DNA of 60,000 nucleotides from Felis catus (lineage: Eukaryota), in the NCBI RefSeq assembly GCF_018350175.1, contig NC_058383.1:29886001-29946000 (forward strand). The letters run 5' to 3'. The translations under genes were made by a program, and so were the position numbers. Of the stretch, positions 24,671-37,856 are shown in pieces. Position 1 is the first letter of the stretch, and every line of letters begins with the position of its first letter. The notes below the pieces were generated by a model that saw only the letters and a program-made list of their open reading frames with translations, searched no databases and was not told the DNA's origin.

Positions 24671-25149
24671 CTATTGTTCAAGAAGGCGGTAGAAGAGGAG
24701 TTTAGTTACAGTGGAAACGTTTGGAGGCTTCATGGGAAAGGTGCAAGTTGAGGTTCATCTGAACTATGAGTAAGGGTCTGACACGAGCATATGGGTTGGA
24801 AGAAAAGGGCAGCCTAGAAAGAGGAGAAGCGTCCGCAAAGATCTGCGGAGGCAAAGAGTTGATGGCCTCTTCAGGGCTTGAGAGAAGGACCGGGAGCAGG
24901 GAATGACCTTGAACTAAAATAGTCCTACGACCACTTTCTCTGTCACTCCTCAAGCGTAGGAAGTGGTCTTTCTGAATAGCCGGGTAACTTGCTTCAAGCT
25001 AGATTCTCTTGTTCAGTTCTTAAGCATCCAAGACCCAAGGAAGGGCAACCCAGCAAGGTAGTTCACCATCTCTCCCAAGACCCTCAATGCATTCCCCCTT
25101 TTCCCTTCCCCTTGGCTGGCCCTTGCCAATCTGGTGGATGAAAAATGGT

Positions 25150-25700
25150 ATTTTCTGGCTGACGCCTCGTTTAGGAAATAGGTACAATGCTTCAGTTCAA
25201 ATATAATGCTACAGTCTTTTAAGAAATGGCGTTATCTGTTGAAATTAGGTATATAAATACCCCTTCACCCAGGAATCCAATTTTGAGGAATCTGTCCTAC
25301 ACAGCTGAATGTACCAGTGCATAAAGATAAATGTACTAGCATGTCTTTTGCAATATTATTGAAAATGGCTTAAAAAGGCAGAAGCAAATCCAATGTTGTC
25401 CACTGATGAAGATGGTTGAATTAACAGGGAGGGTTACTCCTTCTATGGAATACGATACAGCTTTGATAGGAATTGATTACATCTCTATGTATCAACATCT
25501 CTCTGAGCCAGTTACATGCTATAACGTGAATAGTATGATCCAGTTTTTTTAAAAACGCAGGAAAACTTTTTCTGTGACGTATGGTTGGAGGAACATAAAG
25601 AAAAGTGTGGAAACGCACCCACCAAACTTAGCTGTGTTTCCTTGCTGGAAGGGTGTCCGGGATTGAGCAAAGAGGGAGCCACAGTTGCCCTTTTCTTTGT
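25150..25700 (+). mobile_element. Old L1ME-like 3' fragment
   Basis: 'cccttcacccaggaatccaattttgaggaatctgtccta', 'ctatggaatacgatacagc'. Confidence 0.55.
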
Positions 25701-26204
25701 AAACCCGATTTTGACTTGTTACCACCAGCATGCATTTTGTAGCTTGAAAGGAAAATGCACGAAAATACATAAAAACGACACTTAGCTGCTGAATAGGGGA
25801 TACGGGAAAAGAAACGTGGAGTGAAAGGGAAGCAAAATTGTGGAAGCCATGAGCAGGAAAGGAGAATGACAGCTGCTTTTGTTGATGTGTGTGCTGGGCT
25901 GGCTTCAGGTTTTGCTTGAGGGGGAGTATGTCTCCCTTCTTGTACGGTAGAGAGGGAAGCCAGCAAGTCGGCATCTGTCTTAGCTTGGCATGGAAACTTC
26001 CTTGCATGAGGCAGTCCCTGCTCACCTGTGCAGCATCATCTCCCCCCCAGTCTTTAGGCATGAGTACCATTGAGCTGCTTGCCTGACAGCCCACACGCCA
26101 TCGTAAACACACACGTGCACACATGCACACACACTCATGCGTGTGCTTTCTGTGGTTTCTCACTTCTGTGTTGTTCTTTAAGCCCAGAGCACTCCTCACA
26201 TTTC

Positions 26205-26233
26205 TTTTTTCTTTTTAATTTTTCAATGCTTAG

Positions 26234-26280
<47 letters not shown>

Positions 26281-26433
26281 AAGTGGGGTAGGGGCAGAGA
26301 GAGTGGGAGAGAAACCCAACCACATTCCACAGCCACAGCGCAGAGCCTGATGTGGGGCTTGAACTCCCGAACCGTGAGATCATGACCTGAGCTGAAGTTG
26401 GACGCTTGACCAACTGAGCCACCCAGGTGCCCC
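26205..26433 (-). mobile_element. Carnivore SINE
   Basis: (GA)n tract, body, 'gagccacccaggtgcccc'. Confidence 0.93.
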
Positions 26434-27038
26434 AGGTGAATTTGTATTTGGCTTGTTTCAGATGAGGAAATGGAGGTCAGAGCAGTGGTGTGACCCATTC
26501 AAGGACTCACGGTGAAATGCTGATAGAATCAAATATTAAGGCCCTGTCTGCAGACTCCTACCTTGGGACGTTTCTGCTTCACCTATACTGTGAATTGCAG
26601 AAACGTACACACCCCAGTGGAATGCATTGGTGACTCTGTTACTGTTATTCAGGTGTGGTTTGTAGTTTGGGTCACATCTCCCTCTGATTCATTCTGTTGA
26701 CTAGCTCTTAGCCAGACCATAATACCCTAATGACCAGGTGGATGAGTTAGGAAGCTTCCCCCTGCAAGTAACAGGCAAATCTAACTTAAAGGAGCTTAAA
26801 CAAATTACAGAGGCATATTCTTTCATGCAAAGAAAAGTTTGCCTTAAGGCATGAGCTAGAACTGAAGGCTCCCCATCTTTCTTCTCTGCCACCCTCCGCT
26901 TGTGACTTTTATCCTCTGGTGGCTCCCCTCCTGGTTACAGGGTATTTGCTGCAGTTCTGGGCTTCTTGGTCTGCACACAAAAATAGTCAAATATGGGGAG
27001 AGCAAGGAGCCTGACCTGTATACTTTTAAAAGAGGAGA

Positions 27039-27280
27039 CGGCACCGGGGTGGCTCAGTCATTAAGCATCTGACTTGGGCTCACGATGTGATCTCACAGTT
27101 GGTGAGTTCGTGTCCCACATCGGGTGAGTTGGAGCCCCACATCCGGTGAGCTCGAGGCCCAGGTGAGCCTCACTTCTCCCCCAACCCCTCTGTCTTTCTG
27201 CCCTCATGGGATTTTCCCTCTCTCTCTGCCCCTCCCTCACTTGTGCCCTCTCTCTCTCTCTCTCAAAATAAAACAAATAG
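27039..27280 (+). mobile_element. Felid SINE variant with reiterated B-box segment
   Basis: 'ggtgagttcgtgtcccacatc / gggtgagttggagccccacatc / ggtgagctcgaggccc / ggtgagcc'; flanks end aggagac on both sides. Confidence 0.9.
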
Positions 27281-27324
27281 AAGATAGGAGACAAAAACTC
27301 CACCAAGTCCTCCTCTGTGGGTCT

Positions 27325-27855
27325 GGGCAGTAAGGGATTAAAGTTGCCCAAACGTTTGACCGTTGGCCCCAGATACTGGGAGGTAACCTCTAAGCCCTTG
27401 GAGTGTCCTGCCTGATAAGAATGTCTTTGTTTACCTGATGGTCTTGGGCTATGGCCCATAGTCCATGTTAACAAGGCCTTGGGCCTTGCTTTGTGGCTCA
27501 CCCTCTGGAGGGGCTGCAGACTAACTTTAGCCATGGGGCTGGTCAGTCCTGTCTACATGACTGAGCCCCAGGAAAACTCTGGGTACCAAGATTCAGGTGA
27601 GCATCCCGGGGTGGCAATACTCCATGCATATCATCACACATGGCTATTGAGAGAAGTCAGTATGATCTGCATGATTCCATTGGTGAAGGTCAGCTCGAGT
27701 CTCCATGCTTGGTATCTCTTGGACCTCTTCCCTTGGCTGATTTCAGTCTGTGCTCTTTTACTGTAATAAACCATACGATTGGTATAGTTGAAGTAAATTA
27801 TCAAAACTGAGGGTGGTCTTGGAGACCCCCAAACTTGTAGTTGGTGTCAGACGGG
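27325..27855 (+). mobile_element. MER21-like solo LTR (ERV)
   Basis: 'ctgggaggtaacctctaagcccttggagtgtcctgcctgataagaatgtctttgtttacctg' ... 'tgtaataaacc' ... 'ctgagggtggtcttggagacccc'. Confidence 0.8.
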
Positions 27856-28519
27856 AGGAAAGTCTTAGAGACGGTGTCCTTCTCCATAGGTCCTATTGAC
27901 CAGAGCTGTGTTCTATGCTTGTTTCTCTGTCAATCACAGGCAAGTGGAACTGCCTTGGGTGGCTTGGATTGAAAAAGATTTAGCCCCCAGGACGGTGAAG
28001 AGCCTCCCCTGGAACGTTGGGCCTGTGATTCTTGAGACTTCTCTTAGGAACGAAGAAGGAGGGGCAATCATAACTGTTGGGATGCAGCTGACAGTGTCTA
28101 CAACAAATTGTTTTTTTATCACTTTCTTTCTCCTTGCTGGGAGCAGTGTAGCATCCCAAAGGGGCATTTTACCTCTGCTCTCTGGATCTGGCCATGCTTC
28201 CTACCGCCTGAAGGGCCGTGCAATTTTCATTCCAGACCCCGACACTGATAAACTTGTCGATGTTTTGATCCCCCTGGGATCCAAAAGGCTTTGGAAAAAA
28301 GCCGCTTGGCCTGACCTTTCCCTATGATCAGCATTTGTGCAAAATAAGAACAAAAAAAATATCAGTGTAGAAACCTGAGAGAGTTCTTCCCTAAAGACCT
28401 CTTTCTATCACTGACCACCTCCCGTCAGCGGAGGCCTCGCATCCCAACCAGCCTAGGCTTTTGGCCTACAAGTTGTTTCTGGAGATGTGAGTGTCCCATA
28501 AAAATAATAAATTCTTATA

Positions 28520-28780
28520 ATAATGATATTAATGTATTGAGGGTTATTCTATACCACGTATGGTGCAGAGAGGCTCTGAATCCATTACCTCATTTAATGT
28601 CATTTTAAATCCCATTTCAAGGAATGTGAGGTAGGTTTTGATTACATTTATTTGTGTCTGGACGAGCAAAGTGAGGCTCAGAGAAGTGAAGTAACTTGCC
28701 CATAGTCACACAGCCGGTAAGTGCTATAGTCAGAGCTGGACGCTTCTCAAGCAGGGTCTCGAGCTACTAAGCTACACTGC
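28520..28780 (-). mobile_element. MIR
   Basis: 'gtgaggctcagagaagtgaagtaacttgcccatagtcacacagc'. Confidence 0.8.
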
Positions 28781-29099
28781 CATGTCGTGAGTTCATATCG
28801 GTGGGGAGAGGGGTTTTATCAGAGGAATAGGAGGTTGCCATTGAGGGGTTTGGAGCACAGGATGGCTTGCTCATTTTGAACAGGGCATTTGGGTAATATC
28901 AGAGTGTTCCAGAATGCCCTTGGTAGGCTTGTCCAGCCTACCCCTGGAGTTTATTTGAGAATGACCTTGCATGCTTCAACCAAAGAAACATTTCTTTGAT
29001 CTATTTTATGTTAGGTCTTGGATTCCATGTAATATTTCATTTGAGTAGAACTTTTCACTGTCCTTAGAAAAGAAAATTAGAAATCCTTTCATCTAGATG

Positions 29100-29288
29100 A
29101 GAGTGGAAAATCTATGGCCTGTGGACCAACTCTGGGAAGTTGCCCGTTTTTAGAAATAAAGTTATATGGGAACACAGACATACCCATGCACTGGACATAT
29201 CGTCTACATTTGCTTTTGTTGTAAATGGCAGAGTTAAAAAATGTACCATTTGCTCCTTTCCAGAAAACATTTGTGGACTTCTGATCTA
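29100..29288. mobile_element. MER58A-like hAT-Charlie element
   Basis: 'ctatggcctgtggacc...aataaagttatatgggaacacag...cctttccagaaaacatttg'. Confidence 0.75.
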
Positions 29289-29291
29289 GAT

Positions 29292-29645
29292 CAGGGTGTC
29301 TTAACCTTGTCACTTGACGTTTGGGGTCAGATCATTATTTAAATTTTTTTAGTGTTTTTTTTGAGAGAGAGAGTACTCACTGGGGGGGAAGGACAGAGAG
29401 AAAGGGAGACAGAATTCAAAGCAAGCTCTGCACTGTCAGAGCAAAGGCCATCATGGGGCTCGAGCCCACGAATGGTGGGATCATGACCTGAGCCGAGGTC
29501 AGACGCTCAACTGAGCCACCCAGGCTCCCATGAGTCAGATCCTTATTTTTGGAGGATTTTGATCTATGTGTTGTAGGGTGTTGAGCAGCATCCTTGACAT
29601 CCACCCACTACACCCCAGTGGCAACCCCCACCCCAATTGTCAACG
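29292..29645. mobile_element. MER20-like hAT element split by a SINE
   Basis: 'cagggtgtcttaaccttgtcact...tggggtcagat' and 'tgtagggtgttgagcagcatcc...cacccacta'. Confidence 0.7.
29336..29529 (-). mobile_element. Carnivore SINE nested in MER20
   Basis: Body typical; TSD gtcagatc(a/c)ttattt. Confidence 0.9.
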
Positions 29646-29949
29646 AGTACCTTCAGTCAGCCAGCACATCCATGGTCTCTAGATCATGTTCTTATTATGT
29701 TCATTATTATTATCATGTTCGATATTATGTTCTTTCCAGATCTGACATTCTAGACATTTATGGCTTCTTACAGTCATTTCAATGAAAGTGGCCAATAGAT
29801 TTTGGCTACCATTTTTATAGAATTTATTCATGAGTATTGAGGGAGAAACTACTGTGTGCCTCTGTGACATCATTTTCTGGATAGATCTTTTTAGCTATTC
29901 AACTCCAAATGGATCATTTCATCAATATGCTTTAAAAATAACTCTTTTA

Positions 29950-30158
29950 GGGGCGCCTGGGTGGCTCAGTCGGTTAAGCAGCCAACTTTGGCTCAGGTCA
30001 TGGTCTCATGGTTAGTGAGTTCGAGCCCCATGTCGGGCTCTGTGCCGACAGCTCAGAGCCCGGCGCCTGCTTCAGCTTCTGTGTCTCCCTCTTCTCTCTG
30101 CCCCTCCCCCACTTGTGCTCTGTCTCTATCTCTCAAAAATGAAGAAACATTAAAAAAA
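29950..30158 (+). mobile_element. Carnivore SINE (SINEC_Fc-like)
   Basis: 'ggggcgcctgggtggctcagtcggttaagc'; TSD aaaaataa(c/t)tcttt. Confidence 0.96.
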
Positions 30159-31587
30159 TAATTCTTTGGCAAGGCACGTTTTGGCCTCACTTAGGGTGGC
30201 AGATGGTAACCTGAGGCTTGGGGAAGGAGGAGACGGCTGGTGTTGAGATCTCAGTTTAGCCAGATTGGACACGTCAATGAAATTTCTCTGACCTTCAGTT
30301 TTTTTGTCTCTGCCCTGGGAACAGTAATGACTACCTTACTGAGTGGTTGTGACACTCATAGGAGATGACTTCATGGAAATAAGGAGCTTAGAAAAGATGG
30401 CCTGGAGGTTATTTGTATATGCATCTCCAAAGGGTACAGCAACATTGAGCCAAAACACCCTCCTGGTACACACTGGATTTCCAGCAGAATAGGAGAGATA
30501 CCTCTCTAAAGCCCGGAAGTTTTGAGAAAGTTTATGAAACCATGCATTTTCATAATTCTCTTTGGGGCTGGTAAAGAAGTATCACTGTGTAGCTGAGACA
30601 TACAGGAGGATGGAGTAAAATAACATTGAACGTACGCCACGTTTTATGACTTGGTGATTATAAACTCTCAGGAGCTGGAATATCACTGGAGGGTTAGACA
30701 AGAAAATGATGCTTGATTATAATATGTCCAGGACCACAGTGTTAGTACCATAATTAAAAAAAAAATCTAGTTTGAGACCCTAATTCTTTTCATTTTCACA
30801 ATGCCTCCTGCTTTTGTGAATCCTAAGAATTCAGAGATCCTCTGTAACTGTGCCATTGTCAAGTATTGAAATCATTGTCTCCAAATCTATTTCATTGAAC
30901 TCATAGCTATAGAGTTGTCTACCGTTTAGACATTTCCCTGTGGCCTAAAGATTGCACCATGGTGTAATCATGTAAGCTAATTATCTGTGGTTGAAATTTT
31001 GGTTCAGGTTCAGCTTTTCTAATAGGAGATTTTATAATTAGGTTCTGTGCCACTCTATGGGTGGCACCTTTTCCTTATGTCTGTGTACGTGTGTGTGTAC
31101 ATGGTAACATTAAAGATGTGATGTGTGGAAGGCCATCCAGGCAACGTGAACAGTCTGAAGGTCTCCATGCAAATGCTGACACTATCCATGACCTTTCCAA
31201 TCAGCATGTGGAGCCTGGGCTAGAAGCCAACAAGTCGGGGCTGCACTCTGCTTTTTGCCAATTATCTGCTCTGTGTCCTTGAGAGAGTAACCCCACTCTG
31301 GGCCTCAATTTTCCCCTCTGTAAAATGAGCACATTAGATAAACAGAGCTTTTGCCATTGAAGTTCCCACTCCTCCTCTCCATCAGGCCTTTCTCGCCCTC
31401 TGACCTCCAGCCCCATGTTTAGGCCGTTTTAACATATTCAACTCCAAAGTCCTTCTCTTTTACCTCCCCCTTTCCAATTCATTGCTTCCTGCTGAGCTGA
31501 CTGTTAACGGCACTGTTACAGGATCATTTTCCAGAAAAGGTAAAATCATGACTCCCGTAGCCATGCAAAATAAATGTGTGTGTGTTC

Positions 31588-32006
31588 ACTGGGTTGAGTA
31601 GTGTCCCCCTCCAAATTCACATGTACCCAGAATCTGTGAATATGATCTTATTCAGGGGTAGGATCTTTGCAGGTGTAACCAAATTGAGATGAAGTCATGC
31701 TGGATGAGGATGGTCCCTAAATCCGATGCCTGGTGCCCTCAGAGAAGAAATCTGGAAACAGAATGCTGTGTGCAGACAGAGGCAGAGAGTCAGAGTGATG
31801 CATCTATGAACCAAAGATTGCCAGCAAACATAAGAAACTAGGGAGAAGCAAGGAAGGATTCTCTCCCAGAGCCTCCAAGAGAGCCTGACCCCACAGCCAC
31901 CTTGTTTTCAGACCTCTGTCCTCCAGAATTTTGAGAGTAACTTTCCGTGCTTTGTGGCCACTAAATTTGAGATAATTTACCATAGCAGCCCTTGGAAACA
32001 AATACA
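31588..32006 (+). mobile_element. MLT1C-like MaLR solo LTR
   Basis: 'gggttgagtagtgtccccctccaaattcac...gatcttattc' to 'agcagcccttggaaacaaataca'. Confidence 0.85.
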
Positions 32007-33032
32007 TTGGGAGAAGGTAGCAGAAAATAATCTGATTTGATTTGATGAACTTTCGCTGAGGGTCTGTGCGGTGGCTTCCAGCCTTGTGGCAGGTGTGGGG
32101 GATTTGGAAGGGGCTGTTAACAGTCACCATCGATAACACATGGTAGGGGCCACACTGTTTGGGCTGATTTGTCTTCCTTTTTTGGTCTTCCAAATGGATC
32201 CTTCTTTCCATTACAATGTTTGGCTTTTGTCATTGGATTGGATCCCTCTTGTTGACCACTACAAACCCTGTCAGCCCCACCTTTTACTCCATGTGCCGCT
32301 GTGGTAACTAGGTGAGAGCAGATGTCAAGAGACTTGAACAGCTCAGGCTTCATCCAAGACTCTCAGGATGTACCTCTAGCTTCTTGTCTCAGGGCTTCGC
32401 TAATACCCCGGTGGTAACTCAGGTGGCTTGTAGGAGCTTACTGGCATTCATAGGGGACCCAGGAGTGTGTATGTGCACATGCACACACGCATGTGTCTGG
32501 TTCATGCCCATGGGGCCACTCCTGAACGATGCATACAGGGTATCTTGGCATTGTTTTCGTTTTCTCTGTTCCTCTTCCCTGGACCCTCACTCCAGCTCCC
32601 TACAATCCCTGACCAAGTAAGCCACTGGCACACTGACCCTTGTCACTGGTCTTACTCTCAGGAGACCCAGGCTGAGACGGTGTTCCCCTCACTCCACAGC
32701 ACCTTCCTCTGTCAGATCTTCCTTCCACCCAACCCCAGGCTTGAGTCATTCCCTTCTTTGCTTTGGGACCATTTACCTTCTGTGCCATTTTGATACTAAT
32801 GGGATGCAAATGTGAATTATTAGGGAAGTGGAGTCAGTTGGAGGGTTCTCCCAGATGTGTGTTCTTACCTGCTGGGGGTTGCTCTGGACAGCAGAGTGAG
32901 ATCCTCCTTGTCTGCAGCTCAGACCCCTCAGGTGCTTCTGGGGGCCTGTGGCTGGAAGGTGAAGGGCCATTTCTAGCTCTCTGTTGCTTCTTTTGGGCAG
33001 GAACAGAGCCTTTAGGGCCTCCAAGCACAGTG

Positions 33033-33715
33033 TTGTTTGGTTTCCTATGGCAACAGCAACAAATGACCACAAACGAATGGGTCAAAACAGTATACATCTA
33101 TTGTCTTACCGTTCTGGTGGCCAGAAATCCTAAAATCAAGGTGTTGGCAGGGGCTACATTCCCTTTGGAAGTTTTAGAGGCATATCTCTCTCCTTGTGTT
33201 TTGCAGCTTCTGGGGGCCACTGGCAGTGTTAAGCTTGTGGCCCCTTTCTCCATCTGAGAGGGTACCATTTTTACCCCCAAGTCCATCATCCCATCTCTGA
33301 CCTCCTGCCTTTGTGTTAAAAGGATTCCTGTGGCAGGGTGCTTGGGTGGCTCATTTGGTTAAGCCTCTGACTCTTGACTTGATTCAGATCATGATCTCAT
33401 GGCTCATGAGATTGAGCCCTGCTTCAGGTTCTGTGCTGACAACATGGAGCCTGCTCTCCCTCTCTGTCTCTGTCCCTCTGCTGTTCTCACTCTTTCCATC
33501 TCTCAAATATAAGTAAATAAACTAAAAAAAAAAAACCAAAAGGATTACTGTAGTCACCCTGAGCTTAGCCAGGTCATTCAGGAAAACCTCCCCATCATTA
33601 TAGCCGTAATTTAATCACATCTACAAATTCCCTTTCACCGCATGTTACCTTTATCATATTCATAGGTTCTGGGGATTAGGGCATGGAAATATTTGAATGG
33701 GACATTATTCTGCTT
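33033..33715 (-). mobile_element. MLT1B/C-like MaLR solo LTR split by a SINE
   Basis: 'tgtttggtttcctatggc...gttctggtggccagaaatcctaaaatcaaggtgttggcagg' ... 'ggttctggggattagg'. Confidence 0.8.
33332..33537 (+). mobile_element. Carnivore SINE nested in MLT1
   Basis: Body typical; TSD aaaaggatt(c/a)ctgt. Confidence 0.93.
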
Positions 33716-35375
33716 ATCTTACTTTTTTTTCATCTTATTTGGTGAAAAGATCCTATCCGTCTATCTATTGCTCCATCCATCCATATCATCTATCATATAT
33801 CTGTCTACTTAGCCTATATACTTACCTATTTTACTCATCATGATTCTTAAGTGATGAGAGACTTTTATACCTGGCATAAATCTCAAACAAAATGAAACTT
33901 GGAACAAAGAACCTTCAAACAATGAAATCACTACAAAGGAACAAGATAATTTTAGAAATGACACGTGGACTCTGAAGCAGCACCTTGTTCAAAAGTAATG
34001 TTCTTTTCAGGAGCAAATATTATTAAGTGGAAGTCTCAGCTTATCTCAGGACCTCACTAAATCACTGCTCATCAAACTGGGTCCAAAATGAAGTTCCTGA
34101 TCAAAGATACCAAACTCCTGCTCAGCTGTTAATGGATATGATTAGGTTGAGATCTTCATGTTTGGCCCATTTCTTCTCTTCCAGTCCTTGTGGTAGACAT
34201 TTTCCTTTTTTTGGAAAAAAATGTCTACCTTGTGGGTAGATATTTTCCATTTTTCCTTTGGGTTCCCCGGAAGCACCAAGTAACAGTCCCAACCACCAGT
34301 GACTTAAACAAGAGGTGATTTACTATTTCCTACCAAAGAACGCTGGTAATAACAGAGGACCACGCATGTCTGCTATAGTTTGTGTAAATGTCTGCACATC
34401 ATCAGATTCCCATGTTGTGTTTCCTTTTCTTCCTGCTGAAGTTGTCCTAATGATTATATACAAGATCTGACCTCAGAAGCCTGTTTTCCTTTGGCTGTGT
34501 GATGGAGAGACTGGAGAGTTTTTTCCAGTGCTTCAGGGTCATGGTTTCTAGGGAAGGTATAAGTTTTCTACTTAAAATGGCCTCTGACTCTCTGGCCACA
34601 TATTCATTGATCAGCCTGAGCCTGTGATGTAATTAATCCTTCAGCTAATAGCCAGAAAGGAGTGTATGGTAAAGACAGACTGGTCTATACTTCTCCAAGC
34701 CAGGAAATGTAGAGTTAACCCCTCCCGGGGTAACTTTCATTGTGTCCCAAGTTGGTGAGGGAGGCGGGAGTTAAGATTATAACCTAGGGCTAGAGAGTTC
34801 AAGGGGAACTCATTCCTTTTCTTGAGAAGCATTTGCTGAGACAGCATCTTTATGGGCCGAGTCTGTCTGTCTCCTACTAAGGCCAGTTTACCAGAGGAAG
34901 GCTTATGGTGGATGCTTCATCCTTGGACTTAGTAGAGCAGGTGCTAAAGGTCTGTGCCTTTGTACATGCCAATTAAACATTTGAAAAAGGCAATGATTTT
35001 GGACAGAAGTTTTGACCTCAGAATAGTTGTCATTGGCAACGGCCAGCTCCTTTGTAACCCTGCATGGTCCTTCGCTTGTTTGCCGTTCTTTGTGGCTCAT
35101 TGTCTCCACCCTGGCTATTTTACAAATAATATACCTCCCTCCTCCATTCCCCTTCTGCCTCCATTCTGAATGGATCTACTTTTTCATGTTATCCCTTTGA
35201 TCAGAAACATTAAATAGCTTCCCATTTCATAGCCTTCCTGTTGAATAGGGCACAGCCTACTGGGTCAGATCCAAGGTTATATCCTTGTCTTATCTCCTAC
35301 TGTTGCCCAGGAAGTTCTGACTATCAATGATGCCTTGTCTTTTTCTATCTGCACGTCTTTGCTCAACACTCATTT

Positions 35376-35592
35376 TTTTAATTAAAAAAATTTTTTTAAC
35401 GTTTATTCATTTTTGAGCGACTGAGCGTGAACGGGGGAGGGGCAGAGACAGCAAGAGACACAGAATCTGAAGCAGGCTCCAGGCTCTGAGCTGTCAGCAC
35501 AGAGCCCCATGTAGGGCTCGAACTCACGGACTGCGAGATCATGCCCTGAGCTGAAGTCCGATGCTTAACTGACTGAGCCACCCAGGTGCTCC
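35376..35592 (-). mobile_element. Carnivore SINE (SINEC_Fc-like)
   Basis: Exact TSD ctcaacactcatttt. Confidence 0.96.
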
Positions 35593-35833
35593 TCAACACT
35601 CATTTTAAGTTAGAACTTGCTCTTCCATCATTGCCTACAAATTTCTATCTCTTCTGCAATGGACAGTTCAAGTGCTCTCTGTCCTGGGATTTTCTCAACC
35701 AGACGAAGCCTTTTTCTCCTTGAAGGTTTTCTCCTGAGATAGTATTTCTGTAAAGTGTTTTTCTTAGATACTGTTTCTGAGAAATGTTCAGCTCATCATC
35801 AACTATAATTTTGTTTTTTAAGTTACTGGTTTA

Positions 35834-36062
35834 GGGGTACCTGGGTGGCTCAGTCGGTTAAGCGTCAGAGTCAGACTTCAGCTCAGGTCATGATCTCGCG
35901 GTGCGTGAGTTTGAGCCCTGCATCGGGCTCTGTGCTGACAACCCAGAGCCTGAAGCCTGCTTCAGATTCTGTGTCTCCCTCTCTTCTCTCTCTCTCTCTC
36001 TCTCTGCCCCTTCCCCACTCACTCTGTCTCTCTCAAAAATAAAAATAAATATTAAAAAAAAA
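35834..36062 (+). mobile_element. Carnivore SINE (SINEC_Fc-like)
   Basis: Full body with small internal duplication gtcaga-gtcaga; TSD tttaagttactg. Confidence 0.96.
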
Positions 36063-36414
36063 TTTAAGTTACTGCTTTACATGCCATAATTCCCTTAAAA
36101 GACTGACTTAACATGAATAACTTTAATTTTATATTGTCCAGATCATCAAACCTCCTATCCACATAGAATTATTTAATTAGCTAGGACGATGTATTTTATA
36201 AAAAAAACAAAACCCAAAAAACTGTAGCAGTTTCAAAGCATTATTTAGTGTGCTTTTTAGAACTTATTAAAACCAGAGGCTCTTGGTCTCCCACAGGTTA
36301 ACAAGACACAATCCAGAGAATTTTGCCTAATATTCCAGAATGTTCTCGAATCCTTGAAGCCCATCCATGAACTACCAACCTCATAAGCTCAAGAACAAGA
36401 TCTTGTGTTGTTGT

Positions 36415-36633
36415 TTTTCTTTAATGGTTTTTTAATTTATTTTGAGAGAGAGAGGGAGTGCATGCGTGCACGTGAGCACAGGAGGGGCAGAGAGAGAAAG
36501 AGATAATCCCAAACAGACTCTGCCCTGTCAGCATAGAGCCTGCCATGGGGCTCAATCTCACGAACCATGAGATCATGAACTGAGCCGAAATCAAGAGTTG
36601 GACACTTAACCAACTGAGCCACCCAGGCCTCCC
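36415..36633 (-). mobile_element. Carnivore SINE
   Basis: 'gagccgaaatcaagagttggacacttaacc' subtype; TSD ~caaga(t/g)cttgtgtt. Confidence 0.93.
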
Positions 36634-37856
36634 AAGAGCTTGTGTTTTGATAGATTAATTCTCCTGTATCTTATATGAGCTGAAGCAGAAGGGAACTCTA
36701 TTTGACATTGTCAATAGACAACTTCTAACAAGATTAATATTAAACTTGATTCAACAAATGTAATTTTTATGGGTTTACTTCAAAGGGAGAAAGGCTTCTA
36801 TGTGGGTCTTGAAGAGGTCAGGACATTATAAATGCCATTCTGCTCAGTTGTGAGTGAAATACACATTTCGGCTCTTTATTGATCCAAAAGGCTTAAATCC
36901 AAGTCATTTAGGGCTCGAACCATCCCCTTTTTATGGCATAAAAATAACTCCCCCAGATCAGCAGAAAACCATTTCCTGCATCAGGTTCAATACACTGATA
37001 AAATAATAAGACCCAGATAAGACCCTCCGGTCGCCATCTGGCTATTTTTTATTAAACAAGAGTGACACCATATCTAGTCAGTATTAAATCAACTGCTTGG
37101 GGGTGTCTTTGTGGTTCTATAAAAGCTGTTAAAACAGCTGTGGGCCAAGTAATTAATGAATTGATGAACCCAGTTGACCTAATTTGGTCGTGATTAGGCT
37201 AGAGAAACCAGTCCACATGCAAGCTGTAGAGTTTTGGATGGTAGATTTTCTCACAGCTTTGGTGACACTGCGTGTGAGCGAAGAACAGAACTTGTGCTCT
37301 CCCTCTGTCTGTCTGCCTGCCTGTCTGTCTCTCTCTCTCTCTCTCTCTAGGCTCCAAGTCTGTGATGCTTCTCTCTCAGCTACTTCACCGTTTTTCCATC
37401 TCTCTGTTCTGTAGACTCCTCTTGTGTACTTTTCCTTGCCCTCCCCATCCCTGACTTTGCTACCTATCACCTCACACCCAGAGAGCTGCTGTGCCTTCCC
37501 ACCAAGGTCGTGGCTTCTGTTCTAGCCTCCGCGCAAGCACATTTCTTAAAAAAACAAACAAACAACAACAACAAAAAACTATCACTTTTTATTTACATTA
37601 AAAAAAAGTGTGACGATGCAGATGAAATCTCTTTGACAACATCCTTATTCCCCAAACTGTGTTCCTCTGTCCGGAATGTTCCTATGTATCAATTTGATAT
37701 GTGAGCTTCTAGACGTCGTTATTTGTATTCACGAATACATGGGCCAATAGAAAGTGTGTAGAAACCTGTGTGTGTTGGTAGTATCATAATTCATTATTGT
37801 TGGGCAACACGCCTTTTTTCACTCAACGATACAACTTAGAGATTTTCCCGAAGTCT

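Noticed and set aside
25549..26199. 216-aa minus-strand ORF (also 32763-33257, 27896-28327, 54183-54659)
   Set aside because: No recognisable domain or splice-consistent exon structure; most overlap repeats or simple sequence
34000..34150. Acceptor-like ttcttttcag|g at 34010
   Set aside because: No recognisable peptide and no strong downstream donor; chance motif
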